From: Marsupella aquatica
Taxonomy: Eukaryota; Plantae; Marchantiophyta
Assembly: GCA_973895155.1 (NCBI GenBank)
Contig: OZ316891.1
Location: 2,161,324 to 2,225,323 of the forward strand
Length of the DNA: 64,000 bases
Direction: 5' to 3'
The number at the start of each line of letters is the position of its first letter. Within the stretch, counting starts at the first letter, position 1. The notes beneath the pieces were generated by a model. It had not been told where the DNA came from and ran no database searches. It saw only the letters and a program-made list of their open reading frames with translations. Shown here in pieces: positions 63,705-64,000 of this stretch. A program made the position numbers and the translations under genes.

Positions 63705-63854
63705 TACATTTCCACCACTTACCCATTGGAGGAGGCATTAAATTACTTGTATTCAAGAGTTTTTTTTTTTGTTGTAACAGAAATGGGGAGTAAATACATT
63801 TCCACCACTTACCCATTGGAGGAGGCATTAAATTACTTGTATTCAAGAGTTTTT
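63705..63854. repeat. 90-bp-period tandem duplication
   Basis: TACATTTCCACCACTTACCCATTGGAGGAGGCATTAAATTACTTGTATTCAAGAGTTTTT occurs twice. Confidence 0.9.
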
Positions 63855-64000
63855 TATTTTGTCTTGAACAGAATTGGGGAGGAAATACAATTAGACTCCC
63901 CCATCCCAATGGGACAGGTCCCTGTCGGATCAGTTGGGGCTCACCCTGGTCTGGGTTCCCTATTCAAGAGTTTTACAATTGTGAACAACAAAGACTCATC

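Overview
Eukaryotic plant nuclear DNA, probably a bryophyte and most likely a liverwort (GT-AG introns, a liverwort-like ndhA plastid insert, bryophyte-type F-box and L1 elements). It is gene-poor and transposon-rich. Host genes: two tandem heavy-metal-associated (HMA, CCEGC) genes (11.9-12.8 kb and 20.5-21.6 kb, the second with duplicated poly-Gly exons) and an F-box gene with one in-frame stop (23.9-25.4 kb). Mobile and relic DNA: a retroposed U6 pseudogene, a long fold-back, a full-length decayed L1 LINE with target-site duplication (TSD; 34.6-41.7 kb) and two copies of a MITE with 8-bp TSDs. The main finding is a large decayed DNA transposon at about 43-59 kb. Its + strand encodes a Sola1/DUF7869-type DDD transposase with three Tnp1/En/Spm-like N-terminal domains. 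Its - strand encodes, divergently, a spliced cargo gene that reconstructs as ParB-like domain + N6A/N4C amino-methyltransferase fold + FCP1/NIF-type phosphatase. A 3.8-kb solo-LTR-like insertion with its own long ORF splits the methyltransferase. The element carries about 19 copies of a 17-bp palindrome (STCGAGA-N3-TCTCGAS), mostly in non-coding DNA, whose orientation flips at the divergent promoter. All family assignments come from reading motifs by eye; no database searches were run.
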